Shown here one piece after another: positions 24,962-35,655 of a stretch of 37,716 nt of DNA; within the stretch, counting starts at the first letter, position 1, and each line of letters starts with the position of its first letter. The translations under genes were made by a program, and so were the position numbers. The stretch lies in the IMG/VR virus record IMGVR_UViG_643692022_000005. One strand, 5' to 3'. The DNA is from a virus. Its lineage: Duplodnaviria > Heunggongvirae > Uroviricota > Caudoviricetes. The notes beneath the pieces were generated by a model, which searched no databases, was not told the origin of the DNA, and worked only from the letters and a program-made list of their open reading frames with translations.

Positions 24962-26441
24962 CACCATTCCGTCGAATACGCTGGTTCCGCTGTTTTATGC
25001 GGAAATGGATAACCAGGCGGCGAATACTGCACAGGACAGCGGGGCATCATTGCTGATTGGTCACGCCAATAACGGTGCAGAGATTGTTGCCAACAGTCTG
25101 GTGCTGATGCCGTCGGCAGACTATGCACGCCAGATTTGTGGTGCGGGAAGTCAGCTGGCGCGTATGGTCGAGGCTTATCGCCAGACCGACCCGTTTGGCG
25201 AGCTGTATGTGATTGCCGTTCCGGAAGCCACAGGCGCGGCGGCAACGGTTACGCTGACGGTGACCGGGGCGGCAACCGAAACAGGCACGGTGAATGTTTA
25301 TGTGGGACGTACCCGCGTGCAGGCACCGGTGACCAACGGCGATAACGTCGCGATGATTGCCGGCAGTATCCAGGATGCCATCAATGCCGTTCCGGCCCTG
25401 CCGTTTACGGCCTCATCTTCGGCTGGCGTGGTTACACTGACCGCGCGTCATAAGGGGCTTTGCGGGAATGAAATTCCTGTCAGCCTCAATTACTACGGCT
25501 TTGGTGGGGGCGAAGTGCTGCCAGCGGGCGTACAGATTGCCGTGGCGACGGGTACCGCCGGAACGGGCGCTCCTGTTCTCACCGGTGCGGTGGCTGCAAT
25601 GGCGGATGAGCCGTTTGATTATATCGGCCTGCCGTTCAACGACACGGCCTCCGTTAACACGCTGGTGACCGAGATGAACGATACCAGCGGTCGCTGGAGC
25701 TATGCGCGTCAGCTGTATGGTCATGTGTATTCGGCAAAGATCGGCACGCTGTCAGAACTGGTGACCGCAGGTGGCCAGTTTAACCAGCAGCACATTACCC
25801 TGGCGGGGTACGAAAAAGACACCCAGACGCCTGCCGACGAGCTGGCGGCAAGCCGTACCGCCCGCGCAGCGGTGTTTATCCGCAACGATCCGGCACGTCC
25901 CACGCAGACCGGTGAGCTGGTGGGTATGCTGCCTGCACCGAAGGGGAAACGGTTCACGATGACCGAACAACAGACCCTGCTGTCTCATGGCGTGGCAACG
26001 GCGTATGTCGAAAGCGGGGTACTGCGCATTCAGCGTGATGTTACCACGTACAGGAAAAACGCTTACGGGGTTGCGGATAACAGCTACCTCGACAGTGAGA
26101 CACTGCATACCAGCGCGTATGTACTGCGCAAACTGAAATCCGTCATTACCAGTAAGTACGGGCGTCACAAGCTTGCCAGTGACGGTACCCGCTTTGGTCC
26201 CGGTCAGGCGATTGTCACCCCGGCGGTGATCAAAGGGGAACTGCTGGCAACCTACCGTCAGCTTGAGCGTGCGGGGATCGTGGAAAACTACGAACTGTTT
26301 AAGCAGTACCTGGTTGTGGAGCGTGATGCCAGCGATCCGAACCGCCTGAACACGCTGTTCCCGCCTGACTATGTTAACCAGTTGCGTGTCTTTGCCGTGG
26401 TTAACCAGTTCCGTCTTCAGTATTCAGAGGAGTCTGCATAA
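24945..26441 (+). CDS. Contractile tail sheath protein (Mu gpL-like)
   Basis: 498 aa; size and position (followed by tube, chaperones, tape measure). Confidence 0.85.
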   Translation: MTMSFNTIPSNTLVPLFYAEMDNQAANTAQDSGASLLIGHANNGAEIVANSLVLMPSADYARQICGAGSQLARMVEAYRQTDPFGELYVIAVPEATGAAATVTLTVTGAATETGTVNVYVGRTRVQAPVTNGDNVAMIAGSIQDAINAVPALPFTASSSAGVVTLTARHKGLCGNEIPVSLNYYGFGGGEVLPAGVQIAVATGTAGTGAPVLTGAVAAMADEPFDYIGLPFNDTASVNTLVTEMNDTSGRWSYARQLYGHVYSAKIGTLSELVTAGGQFNQQHITLAGYEKDTQTPADELAASRTARAAVFIRNDPARPTQTGELVGMLPAPKGKRFTMTEQQTLLSHGVATAYVESGVLRIQRDVTTYRKNAYGVADNSYLDSETLHTSAYVLRKLKSVITSKYGRHKLASDGTRFGPGQAIVTPAVIKGELLATYRQLERAGIVENYELFKQYLVVERDASDPNRLNTLFPPDYVNQLRVFAVVNQFRLQYSEESA

Positions 26442-26797
26442 TGGCCCGTATCGGGGGAACCTGTTATTTCAAAATTGACGGTCAGCAGCTATCGCTGACC
26501 GGCGGCATTGAGGTGCCCATGAACAGGACGGTCAATGATGACATCATCGGCCTGGACGGTTCAGTGGACCGCAAGGAAACTCACCGTGCGCCTTATGTTA
26601 AAGGGACCTTCAAGGTGCCGAAGAATTTTCCGGTGAGCAAAATCACCTCGTCTGATGAGATGACCATCACTGCCGAGCTGGCGAACGGTCAGGTCTATGT
26701 ACTGTCGTCTGCCTGGCTGCACGGCGAAGCGAACCATAATGCCGAAGAAGGCACGGTCGATCTTGAGTTCCACGGTGAAGAAGGGGATTACCAGTAA
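26441..26797 (+). CDS. Tail tube protein (Mu gpM-like)
   Basis: 118 aa directly after the sheath, start overlapping its stop. Confidence 0.8.
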   Translation: MARIGGTCYFKIDGQQLSLTGGIEVPMNRTVNDDIIGLDGSVDRKETHRAPYVKGTFKVPKNFPVSKITSSDEMTITAELANGQVYVLSSAWLHGEANHNAEEGTVDLEFHGEEGDYQ

Positions 26798-27066
26798 TGA
26801 AAGAGCTTGAGTTAAAGAAACCGATTACCGCTCATGGCGAGACACTCTCCGTACTGGAGTTTGATGAGCCCACCGGGAAAGATGTCCGCGAGCTGGGGTA
26901 TCCCTACCAGATGAATCAGGATGAGTCCGTCAGACTTCTGGCGCATGTGGTATCGAAATATATTGTGCGGCTGGCGAAAGTGCCGCAAAACTCTGTCGAC
27001 CAGATGTCTCCGGCAGACCTGAATGCAGCGGCGTGGCTTGTGGCCGGTTTTTTCCTCCAGGCCTGA
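26797..27066 (+). CDS. Tail assembly chaperone (short form)
   Basis: 89 aa between tube and tape measure, ending just after the slippery heptamer T-TTT-TTC. Confidence 0.7.
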   Translation: MKELELKKPITAHGETLSVLEFDEPTGKDVRELGYPYQMNQDESVRLLAHVVSKYIVRLAKVPQNSVDQMSPADLNAAAWLVAGFFLQA

Positions 27067-27215
27067 CGGCTGAATACCTCACTGATCGCTTCTTTGACTG
27101 CGCCAGTTACTGGCGCATTAATCCCTTCGAATTGCTGAATATGCCGATCAGTGAAATTCCCTTGCTGGTCAGTCAGGCAAACAGGATAGAGCAGGAGAAA
27201 CGCACACATGGCTGA
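26797..27215 (+). CDS. Tail assembly chaperone, predicted -1 frameshift product
   Basis: Slipping -1 at T-TTT-TTC (27048-27054) continues into the 27033-27215 frame (...FFPPGLTAEYL...) and ends at the tape measure start. Confidence 0.5.
27048..27054 (+). other. Candidate -1 programmed ribosomal frameshift slippery heptamer (T TTT TTC)
   Basis: X-XXY-YYZ heptamer in the zero frame of the chaperone gene, 4 codons before its stop, with the -1 frame open for 54 further codons. Confidence 0.55.
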
Positions 27216-29040
27216 ATTTGAGCTTAAGGCGTTGATCACCGGTGTCGACAGGCTTTCTCCCGCGCTGTCGAAAATGCAAAAGAAAATCCGGGGATTTAAA
27301 CGCCAGGCGGAAGAAGCGTCACAGGGTGGGCTGGCGCTTGGTGGCGGACTGGCAGCGGGTCTGACGCTTTCCCTGAAATCTTATGCCGATCAGGAAAACG
27401 CCGCCACCGGGCTGAAAGTTGCCATGATGGATGCGAACGGCGAGGTCGGAAAGCGCTTTCAGGACATCAATAAACTGGCTATTGGCCTGGGTAACCAGCT
27501 ACCCGGTACAACGGCTGATTTCCAGAACATGATGCAGATGCTGGTGCGTCAGGGGATCCCGGCAGAAAACATTCTTGGCGGTGTGGGTAAAGCGACAGCT
27601 TATCTTGCGGTACAACTGAAAAAAACACCGGAAGCGGCTGCCGAGTTTGCTGCAAAGATGCAGGATGCTACCGGAACGGCGTCAGAAGACATGATGGGGC
27701 TGTTCGACACTATCCAGAAGGCGTTTTATCTGGGCGTTGACGATACCAACATGTTGTCCTTCTTCACTAAAACCAGCTCTGTTCTGAAGATGGTGAACAA
27801 GGACGGTCTTCAGGCTGCACAGAGCCTTGCCCCCATCAGCGTCATGATGGATCAGATGGGGATGAACGGGGAGTCGGCAGGTAATGCCCTGCGAAAAGTT
27901 ATCCAGTCCGGATTAAGTGTTAAGAAAATCAGGGACGTCAATAAAGTCATGGCCCGCCAGAAACTCGGGGTACAGCTCGATTTTACTGACGGCAAAGGAA
28001 GTTTTGGCGGTCTTGATAACATGTTTAAGCAACTGGCAAAGTTGCGAAAACTGACTGACGTTAAGCGAACTAATGTACTTAAGGCAATATTTGGTGATGA
28101 TGCCGAAACCATTCAGGTGGTCAATGCGCTGATCGATAAAGGAAAGGATGGTTACGATCAGATCCAGCAGAAGATGAATAAACAGGCCAGCCTGAATAAA
28201 CGTGTTCAGGCACAGCTTGGTACGCTGTCCAACCTGTGGGAGGCAATGACGGGGACCGCAACTAACGGCCTTGCAGCTATTGGCGGCGCATTTTCTGGTG
28301 ACGCTAAAAATATCACGCAATGGCTGGGGGAGTTGGGGGAGAAATTCACGAAGTTTGCGGATGAAAATCCCCGGGTTATTCGCGGCGTCGTCGGGCTTGC
28401 TGCCGGTCTTGCGATTCTGAAACTGGGATTGATGGGCGTTGGCGGTGCCATCAGTATTGTCAGCAGGATCATGTCGATGACGCCGATTGGCATGATTGCG
28501 ACGGCGATAGCCCTGGCTGCGGGATTAATTATCACTAACTGGGATGTTGTCGGACCTTATTTTAAGAAACTCTGGGAAACCATTGGTCCTTATTTTGAGG
28601 CTGGCTGGGAACTTCTGAAGAAAGTTTTTGCCTGGTCGCCGCTGGGGATGGTGATCAATAACTGGGGACCGGTTGTTAAGTGGTTTCAGGATATGTGGGA
28701 CAAGCTGAAGCCAATTATTGAGTGGTTTACCGACAGTTCCGGTGACACGGTCGATGCCATTAACTCTGCGCAGTGGGGCGCGGGTGCTTATGATGCTTAT
28801 GGGACGGGAATACCGGCGCGGGGATACACACCTTATCCGGCGGTAGATCCGGCTCAGTCAAACAACGCCTCCGATGCCACAGGCCCGAATCCCTTCATGA
28901 TTAACAAAGCTTCTGCGCCAAAAGTTGATGGTGAGATCAAGGTCTCTTTTGTGAATTCGCCTCCGGGTATGCGGGTTATGGAAACGCGATCCAGCGGTAT
29001 TGATGTCAGCCATGATGTTGGCTATACGCGGTTCAGGTAG
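27208..29040 (+). CDS. Tail tape measure protein
   Basis: 610 aa, helical N-terminal half and Gly/Ala-rich hydrophobic segment; position after the chaperones. Confidence 0.85.
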   Translation: MAEFELKALITGVDRLSPALSKMQKKIRGFKRQAEEASQGGLALGGGLAAGLTLSLKSYADQENAATGLKVAMMDANGEVGKRFQDINKLAIGLGNQLPGTTADFQNMMQMLVRQGIPAENILGGVGKATAYLAVQLKKTPEAAAEFAAKMQDATGTASEDMMGLFDTIQKAFYLGVDDTNMLSFFTKTSSVLKMVNKDGLQAAQSLAPISVMMDQMGMNGESAGNALRKVIQSGLSVKKIRDVNKVMARQKLGVQLDFTDGKGSFGGLDNMFKQLAKLRKLTDVKRTNVLKAIFGDDAETIQVVNALIDKGKDGYDQIQQKMNKQASLNKRVQAQLGTLSNLWEAMTGTATNGLAAIGGAFSGDAKNITQWLGELGEKFTKFADENPRVIRGVVGLAAGLAILKLGLMGVGGAISIVSRIMSMTPIGMIATAIALAAGLIITNWDVVGPYFKKLWETIGPYFEAGWELLKKVFAWSPLGMVINNWGPVVKWFQDMWDKLKPIIEWFTDSSGDTVDAINSAQWGAGAYDAYGTGIPARGYTPYPAVDPAQSNNASDATGPNPFMINKASAPKVDGEIKVSFVNSPPGMRVMETRSSGIDVSHDVGYTRFR

Positions 29041-29121
29041 TGTACAAAATGATTAATGTGTTTTTGTCTGGCATAATTTGGGTTTTCAACTTTAAGTAGT
29101 TAATATAATCACTCCTTACAA

Positions 29122-29634
29122 ATGATTGAAGGGATGATTAAGCGTATCTTTGTGTTTTTTATATCTGCACTTTTATCTTTTAACTTGGCAGCGGAAGAGT
29201 GTAAGTTCAGCTTTAATGAGTCAGAATTAATTTCTTCTATAGGTATTGCACCAGTTAAGCAAGAGATAGTAAAGGATGAAGGAATAACTAAGCGTCAATA
29301 TGAATTCAGGAGAGAATTGTCTTTTGAAGAAATGCTTGGCGATGATGCTGATGAAAAATATGAGCCGCAGTTTTATATATCTGTTTATAATCCATCATGT
29401 CCACAAAAGGTTATTATTTGGTTTTTCAAAGACAATAAAAATACACAAACTTTAAGTAATGAGGTCCTTGCTGGTAGAGCATTCAAGTATTTAACTGGTG
29501 TTAATGAAAGTATTTTTGAAAATAAAATGAAAAAGTTTTCAAAGGTACAGTCATTTGAATCCTTTGATGAAAGGACGGACTCTAAATTTATAAAGAGTGG
29601 TAATGTTTATTCCATTGATGTTCAACTCAGATAG
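29122..29634 (+). CDS. Hypothetical secreted protein with signal peptide (AT-rich cargo gene in the tail module)
   Basis: N-terminus MIKRIFVFFISALLSFNLAAEE looks like a Sec signal peptide with an A-x-A-type cleavage site. AT-rich, weak RBS, start ambiguous (29122 or 29134). Confidence 0.6.
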   Translation: MIEGMIKRIFVFFISALLSFNLAAEECKFSFNESELISSIGIAPVKQEIVKDEGITKRQYEFRRELSFEEMLGDDADEKYEPQFYISVYNPSCPQKVIIWFFKDNKNTQTLSNEVLAGRAFKYLTGVNESIFENKMKKFSKVQSFESFDERTDSKFIKSGNVYSIDVQLR

Positions 29635-29650
29635 TAATTGAAAATATTAG

Positions 29651-29710
29651 AACCCCGCCACATCTTCTGCGATGTAAATAACTGACAAAGCAGATTTGGC
29701 GGGTTTTTTG
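29651..29710 (+). terminator. Terminator-like structure after the secreted cargo gene
   Basis: CCCGCCA (about 29653-29659) pairs with TGGCGGG (about 29696-29702) around an inner hairpin, followed by TTTTTTG. Confidence 0.4.
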
Positions 29711-29724
29711 TATCCGGAGTTTAT

Positions 29725-31053
29725 ATGACGTGGAAAGGCAGGCTTCAGGATGCGTCATTTCGCGGCGTACCGTTTAAGGTTGAAGAAGAAAGTGCGGGAA
29801 CCGGTCGCCGTGTGGAAACACATGAATACCCGAACCGCGACAAGCCCTATACCGAAGATCTGGGAAAAGTCACTTTCCGCCCGTCCATCACAGCTTATGT
29901 GGTGGGAGATGACTGCTTTGACCAGCGCGATCGCCTGATTGACGCGCTGAATAAACCCGGTCCCGGCACGCTTGTCCATCCGACATACGGTGAGATGAAA
30001 GTCTGTGTTGACGGGGAAGTTCGGGTCAGCACATCGAAAAGTGAAGGGCGTATTGTCCGCTTTGACCTGAAGTTTGTCGAAGCAGGAGAACTTTCTTACC
30101 CCACATCAGGTGCGGCGACGGCGCAGACGCTGATGTCATCCTGTTCTGCACTGGATGACTGCATCAGTGACAGCTTCAGTGGTTTCAGTATCGATGGCGT
30201 GGCGGATTTTGTGCAGAACGACGTCGTTGGTAATGCCAGCACAATGCTTGGGTATGTTTCTGATGCGATGAAAGTGGTGGATTCTGCCGTATCGGATGCT
30301 GCCAGGCTGTTGCAGGGGGATATCTCGGTACTTCTGCCGCCACCATCGTCAGGCAAAAATTTCGTTGAGCAGGTGCAGAAAATGTGGCGTACCGGGAAAC
30401 GCCTTTATGGTAACGCCAGCGACCTGGTCACCATGATCAAAACGCTTTCCGGTGTCAGCCTCGGCAGCGATCTGCAACCGCGCGGCGTCTGGAAAACGGA
30501 CAGTAAAACCACCGCCACGGCGACGCAGCAGCGTAACGTGGTTGCCAGCATCCTTCGTACGACCGCAATCAGCGAAGCGGCGTATGCCGTCACCCGATTG
30601 CCTGCGCCAACAACTTCCGCGGTGATGCAGAATTCCGCAGTGGGGCAGGCAACAACACCTGCGCAGAGCACTGGCTGGCCTTCCGTCACGCATCCGGCAC
30701 TGAACAATGCACCGGCGGTGAAAAACACGGTTGACCTGCCGACGTGGGAAGAACTGACTGACATTCGCGACACACTGAATACGGCAATTGATAAGGAGTT
30801 GTCCCGTACAACCAGTGATGCGCTGTTTCTGGCGCTGCGCCGGGTGAAAGCAGATCTGAATGCGGATATCAACACGCGCCTTGAACAGTCTGCACGGATC
30901 ATTCAGCGCACACCGGATGAGGTTTTACCCGCACTGGTGCTGGCGGCTACCTGGTTTGATAACGCGGCGCGTGATGCGGACATTATCCGGCGTAATGCCA
31001 TTACGCATCCCGGCTTTGTGCCGGTGATCCCTCTGAAGGTACCAGTGCAATGA
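29725..31053 (+). CDS. DNA circulation protein (Mu gpN-like)
   Basis: Starts MTWKGRLQDASFRGVPF, matching the conserved N-terminus of Mu N-family proteins as I recall it; follows the tape measure in Mu order. Confidence 0.8.
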   Translation: MTWKGRLQDASFRGVPFKVEEESAGTGRRVETHEYPNRDKPYTEDLGKVTFRPSITAYVVGDDCFDQRDRLIDALNKPGPGTLVHPTYGEMKVCVDGEVRVSTSKSEGRIVRFDLKFVEAGELSYPTSGAATAQTLMSSCSALDDCISDSFSGFSIDGVADFVQNDVVGNASTMLGYVSDAMKVVDSAVSDAARLLQGDISVLLPPPSSGKNFVEQVQKMWRTGKRLYGNASDLVTMIKTLSGVSLGSDLQPRGVWKTDSKTTATATQQRNVVASILRTTAISEAAYAVTRLPAPTTSAVMQNSAVGQATTPAQSTGWPSVTHPALNNAPAVKNTVDLPTWEELTDIRDTLNTAIDKELSRTTSDALFLALRRVKADLNADINTRLEQSARIIQRTPDEVLPALVLAATWFDNAARDADIIRRNAITHPGFVPVIPLKVPVQ

Positions 31054-32129
31054 ACGACAATGTCACGCTACGGGTAAATGGCCGGGAGTGGAATGGCTGG
31101 ACATCGGTGCGCATCGGTGCCGGTATTGAACGGCTGGCGCGGGATTTCAGTGTGGAGATCACCCGCCAGTGGCCGGGAGATGAGGGTATCACCACGCTTC
31201 ATCCGCGCATTAAAAACGGTTCAAAAGTGGAGGTGCTGATTGGTGATGAGCTGGTGATCACTGGCTGGGTGGAGGCGACGCCCGTTCGTTACGATGCCCG
31301 TTCGGTCAGCACCGGTATTGCCGGACGCAGTCTGACCGCTGACCTGATTGACTGTGCAGCCGAACCGACACAGTTTAACGGACGATCGCTGGTACAGATT
31401 GCGCAGGCGCTTGCTGCGCCTTTCGGCATTGAGGTGGTGAACAACGGTGCGCCGTCGGGTGTTATTCCTGACGTCCAGCCTGATCACGGCGAAACGGTGA
31501 TTGAGGTGATCAACAAAATACTCGGTCAGCAGCAGGCACTGGCTTACGACGACCCGCACGGCAGGCTGGTGATTGGCGGTATTGGCTCAACGCGGGCACA
31601 TACCGCGCTGGTACTCGGGGAAAACATCCTTTCCTGCGATACGGAGAAGAGTATCCGGGAGCGGTTTTCAGTTTACCAGGTGGCGGGGCAGCGTGCCGGA
31701 AACGACGATGATTTCGGTGAGGCCACCACCACCGCGCTGCGGGCCCGCACAGAGGACGCATTTATTGCCCGTTACCGTCCGATGTATATCAGGCAGACAG
31801 GGCAGGCTACGGGGGCAGGCTGTATTGCCCGTGCTGACTTTGAAGCCCGACAACGGGCGGCGCGGACGGACGAAACCACCTATGTGGTGCAGGGCTGGCG
31901 ACAGGGTAACGGTACGCTGTGGCAGCCCAACCAGCGGGTGATTGTCTTCGATCCGGTCTGTGGTTTCGACAATACCGAACTGCTTGTCTCGGAAGTCACG
32001 TTTACTCAGGACCAGAACGGCACCCTGACGGAAATCCGTGTCGGCCCGCCTGATGCTTATCTGCCTGAACCCGAAGACCCCGGCGCGCGGAAAAAGAAAA
32101 AAGCCAGAGTACAGGAGGACCCGTTCTGA
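31050..32129 (+). CDS. Baseplate hub protein (Mu gpP-like)
   Basis: 359 aa, overlapping start; order and size match Mu P. Confidence 0.7.
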   Translation: MNDNVTLRVNGREWNGWTSVRIGAGIERLARDFSVEITRQWPGDEGITTLHPRIKNGSKVEVLIGDELVITGWVEATPVRYDARSVSTGIAGRSLTADLIDCAAEPTQFNGRSLVQIAQALAAPFGIEVVNNGAPSGVIPDVQPDHGETVIEVINKILGQQQALAYDDPHGRLVIGGIGSTRAHTALVLGENILSCDTEKSIRERFSVYQVAGQRAGNDDDFGEATTTALRARTEDAFIARYRPMYIRQTGQATGAGCIARADFEARQRAARTDETTYVVQGWRQGNGTLWQPNQRVIVFDPVCGFDNTELLVSEVTFTQDQNGTLTEIRVGPPDAYLPEPEDPGARKKKKARVQEDPF

Positions 32130-32677
32130 TGAGGACGATTGAAGCCATGCAGCGACAACTCCTCGGTCTGATTGGGCGGGCAGTGGTGAAAAGCATCAGT
32201 GCCGCCACGAAATGTCAGACCGTGGATGTGTCCCTGATTGCTGGTGAACCCAAAGCAGGGGTTGAACATCTTGAACCCTACGGTTTTACCGCAAGGGCAA
32301 ACAGCGGTGCGGAAGCGGTGGTGTTGTTTCCGGATGGCGACCGTTCTCATGCGGTGGTTGTTACGGTGTCGGACCGGCGCTACCGCCTGAAAGGGCTGCA
32401 GACGGGGGAGGTGGCTGTCTATGATGATCAAGGGCAGTCCGTGACGCTGACCCGGGCGGGGATCGTGGTGGACGGTGCAGGTAAAACGATCACGTTTCGC
32501 AATGCGCCTAAGGCTCGTTTTGAAATGGACCTGGAAGTGACCGGACAGGTGAAAGACCTGTGCGACTCCACCGGCACCACCATGTCAGCGATGCGGCTTG
32601 CCTATAACGGGCATCGTCACAGAGAGAACGGTCAGGGCAGTAACACCGACAAACCTGATAAAGCGATGGAGGCATGA
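32129..32677 (+). CDS. Baseplate spike / assembly protein (Mu gp45-like)
   Basis: 182 aa, order and size match the Mu Q position. Confidence 0.65.
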   Translation: MRTIEAMQRQLLGLIGRAVVKSISAATKCQTVDVSLIAGEPKAGVEHLEPYGFTARANSGAEAVVLFPDGDRSHAVVVTVSDRRYRLKGLQTGEVAVYDDQGQSVTLTRAGIVVDGAGKTITFRNAPKARFEMDLEVTGQVKDLCDSTGTTMSAMRLAYNGHRHRENGQGSNTDKPDKAMEA

Positions 32678-33102
32678 TGGAACTGTGGCTGACGGTGAAC
32701 GGTAAACGCACCTGCGCCAGCGCACCGCTGGATCCGCTGACCCGTGCCGTGGTGATTTCCCTGTTCACCTGGCGGCGGGCTGAACCTGATGATAATGCCG
32801 ACGTCCCGATGGGATGGTGGGGGGATACCTGGCCTGCGGTACAGAATGACCGTTACGGCTCCCGACTGTGGCTGCTTCAGCGCAGCAAACTGACCAATCA
32901 GCTGGTGCAGACGGTAAGGGGATATATCCGCGAATGCCTGCAATGGATGATTGATGACGGTGTGGTGTCCCGTATTGATCTGGATATCCGCCGCACCGGG
33001 ATTAATGAGCTGGGTAACAGTATCACCCTCTGGCGTCGTGATGGACCGGTAATGATTTCTTTTGATGATCTGTGGAGTGCGATAACGCATGGCGGACAGT
33101 GA
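32674..33102 (+). CDS. Baseplate protein (Mu gp46-like)
   Basis: 142 aa, order and size match the Mu V position. Confidence 0.65.
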   Translation: MMELWLTVNGKRTCASAPLDPLTRAVVISLFTWRRAEPDDNADVPMGWWGDTWPAVQNDRYGSRLWLLQRSKLTNQLVQTVRGYIRECLQWMIDDGVVSRIDLDIRRTGINELGNSITLWRRDGPVMISFDDLWSAITHGGQ

Positions 33103-34147
33103 ATTTCAGCGCCCGACGCTGGCAGAAAATATCAGTATGCTCCGTAACGATTTATTCGCCAGGCTGGACGTCAGCGACACGCTCCGGCGTATGGATGAAG
33201 ACGTGCGGGCAAAGGTGTATGCGGCGGCGCTGCATACGGTTTACGGTTACATTGATTATCTGGCAATGAACATGCTGCCTGACCTGTGCGATGAGTCCTG
33301 GCTGGCACGACATGCTGCGATGAAACGGTGTCCGCGTAAGGATGCCACGGCTGCCAGCGGGTATATGCGCTGGGAAGGTGTCAGCGATGGCCTGAAGGTA
33401 ACTGCCGGGAGTGTTATTCAGCGCGATGACCTGGTTCAGTACACGGCAACTGCCGATGCAACCAGCGCCGGTGGTGTCCTGCGCGTGCCGATCGCCTGCT
33501 CAAGTGCAGGTGCGGTCGGTAACGCTGACGACGGTACGTCATTAATCCTGGTCACGCCGGTGAATGGTCTGCCGTCTTCCGGTGTGGCAGATACCCTGAC
33601 AGGCGGATTTGATACTGAAGAGCTGGAAACGTGGCGCGCCCGCGTCATTGAGCGGTATTACTGGACGCCGCAGGGTGGGGCGGACGGGGACTATGTCGTC
33701 TGGGCTAAAGAAGTGCCAGGCATTACCCGCGCATGGACATACCGTCACTGGATGGGAACGGGAACTGTCGGCGTGATGATTGCCGGCAGTGACCTGATTA
33801 ATCCCATTCCGGAAGAATCAGCTGAAACGGCGGCAAGAGAACATATTGAACCGCTGGCTCCGGTGGCAGGTTCTGATTTGTATGTGTTCAGACCGGCGGC
33901 GCATAAAGTGGATTTTCATATCCGCGTGACGCCGGACACACCGGAAATACGGGCTGCCATCACCGCCGAGTTGCGTTCGTTCCTGCTGCGTGATGGTTAT
34001 CCGCAGGGAGTACTGAAGGTATCGCGTATCAGTGAGGCGATTTCCGGTGCGAACGGGGAATACAGCCATCAGTTGCTTGCACCGGCGGACAATATCTCCA
34101 TTGCAAAAAATGAACTGGCGGTACTGGGGACGATTTCATGGACGTGA
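33089..34147 (+). CDS. Baseplate J-like wedge protein (Mu gp47-like)
   Basis: 352 aa, order and size match the Mu W position. Confidence 0.75.
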   Translation: MADSEFQRPTLAENISMLRNDLFARLDVSDTLRRMDEDVRAKVYAAALHTVYGYIDYLAMNMLPDLCDESWLARHAAMKRCPRKDATAASGYMRWEGVSDGLKVTAGSVIQRDDLVQYTATADATSAGGVLRVPIACSSAGAVGNADDGTSLILVTPVNGLPSSGVADTLTGGFDTEELETWRARVIERYYWTPQGGADGDYVVWAKEVPGITRAWTYRHWMGTGTVGVMIAGSDLINPIPEESAETAAREHIEPLAPVAGSDLYVFRPAAHKVDFHIRVTPDTPEIRAAITAELRSFLLRDGYPQGVLKVSRISEAISGANGEYSHQLLAPADNISIAKNELAVLGTISWT

Positions 34148-34722
34148 CAAACGATGATTACATCCGTCTGTTGTCGGCACTGCTGCCCCCCGGTCCGGCA
34201 TGGTCAGCCAGCGATCCGGCGATTGTCGGTGCGGCACCTTCATTAACCCGTGTTCATCAGCGTGCGGATGCCCTGATGCGGGAGCTGGATCCGCGCACCA
34301 CCACCGAACTGATAAATCGCTGGGAGCGTCTGTGCGGCCTGCCGGATGAATGTATTCCGGCGGGAACGCAGACCCTTCGCCAGCGTCAGCAACGGCTGGA
34401 TGCGAAGGTTAACCTGGCGGGCGGTATCAATGAGGATTTTTACCTTGCTCAGCTTGCTGCTCTGGGCAGACCAGACGCCACCATCACGCGATACGACAAA
34501 AGCACTTTCACCTGCTCATCGGCCTGTACTGACGCGGTGAATGCGCCGGAATGGCGGTATTACTGGCAGGTCAATATGCCTGCTGCCACCAACACCACCT
34601 GGATGACATGTGGTGATCCCTGTGATTCCGCGCTGCGTATCTGGGGCGATACTGTAATCGAGTGTGTGCTTAACAAACTCTGCCCTTCACATACCTACGT
34701 AATTTTTAAATATCCGGAGTAA
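34138..34722 (+). CDS. Baseplate/tail protein (Mu gp48-like)
   Basis: 194 aa, Cys-containing C-terminus, order matches the Mu R position. Confidence 0.65.
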   Translation: MDVTNDDYIRLLSALLPPGPAWSASDPAIVGAAPSLTRVHQRADALMRELDPRTTTELINRWERLCGLPDECIPAGTQTLRQRQQRLDAKVNLAGGINEDFYLAQLAALGRPDATITRYDKSTFTCSSACTDAVNAPEWRYYWQVNMPAATNTTWMTCGDPCDSALRIWGDTVIECVLNKLCPSHTYVIFKYPE

Positions 34723-34725
34723 TCC

Positions 34726-35655
34726 ATGCATCGTATAGACACGAAAACCGCGCAGAAGGATAAGTTCGGCGCGGGTAAAAACGGTTTTACCCGTGGTAAT
34801 CCCCAGACCGGCACGCCTGCCACCGATCTGGATGATGACTACTTTGACATGTTGCAGGAAGAGCTTTGTGGCGTGGTGGAGGCATCCGGTGCCAGTCTGG
34901 AGAAGGGGCGGCATGACCAGCTGCTTACTGCGCTTCGGGCGTTGCTGTTAAGCCGCAAAAATCCGTTTGGCGATATTAAATCGGATGGTGCGACTGATGT
35001 GGCACGAAAAAACCTGGATCTGGGTACTGCGGCATTAAAATCCGCTCAGACTTCAGTCAGTGACAGGACTAATGGTGCACTGATGCTTGTTGGTGCATTT
35101 GGTTTTGGTGGAGAGGGGGGAGATTCAGTAATCCGGGATATTACCAACGTTTTCACACTACCGATTGGTAATGAAGGTAATCCGGAACCCTATCAGAACT
35201 ATGTACATCTGAATCTTGCCGGAAATTATTTTTATTCCGCTCGCCTGGCGATAAGTCTGAATGGTACTGATAATCCAAGATTTTTCCTTAAAAATCGTGC
35301 CGGAGATGCCGAAAGTGACTGGATGGAAATTTATACAGCAAGGAATCCTCAACGAACGGTTGCACAACTTACAACAGCGAGAAAGATTTCCCTCTCTGGT
35401 GACGCCAGAGGTTATGCCATGTTCAATGGTGGGGCTGATGCAAATATTGCAGTCACTGTCGCAGACTCAGCAAAAGGTGTTATTAAGCTACGGGAGGGGG
35501 CCGTCTCGACACTTTATGCGTCGAATAATTTTATTTCAATTGATACCGGATTAATGGTTCGTGGTATCACTTTTAGCGCTAACGCACAGAGCGTAAATGT
35601 ACGTCCGCTTCAGATGCTTATTGGCACACAATGGGTAACGGTAGGTTTATCATGA
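34726..35655 (+). CDS. Tail fiber protein
   Basis: N-terminus [47 protein letters not shown] matches the conserved tail-fiber N-terminal domain of Mu/P2-like phages as I recall it. Confidence 0.8.
   Translation: MHRIDTKTAQKDKFGAGKNGFTRGNPQTGTPATDLDDDYFDMLQEELCGVVEASGASLEKGRHDQLLTALRALLLSRKNPFGDIKSDGATDVARKNLDLGTAALKSAQTSVSDRTNGALMLVGAFGFGGEGGDSVIRDITNVFTLPIGNEGNPEPYQNYVHLNLAGNYFYSARLAISLNGTDNPRFFLKNRAGDAESDWMEIYTARNPQRTVAQLTTARKISLSGDARGYAMFNGGADANIAVTVADSAKGVIKLREGAVSTLYASNNFISIDTGLMVRGITFSANAQSVNVRPLQMLIGTQWVTVGLS

Noticed and set aside
30349-30902. Minus-strand ORFs 30349-30693 and 30405-30902 inside the DNA-circulation gene
   Set aside because: Antisense, low-complexity, inside a gene with a recognisable conserved N-terminus.
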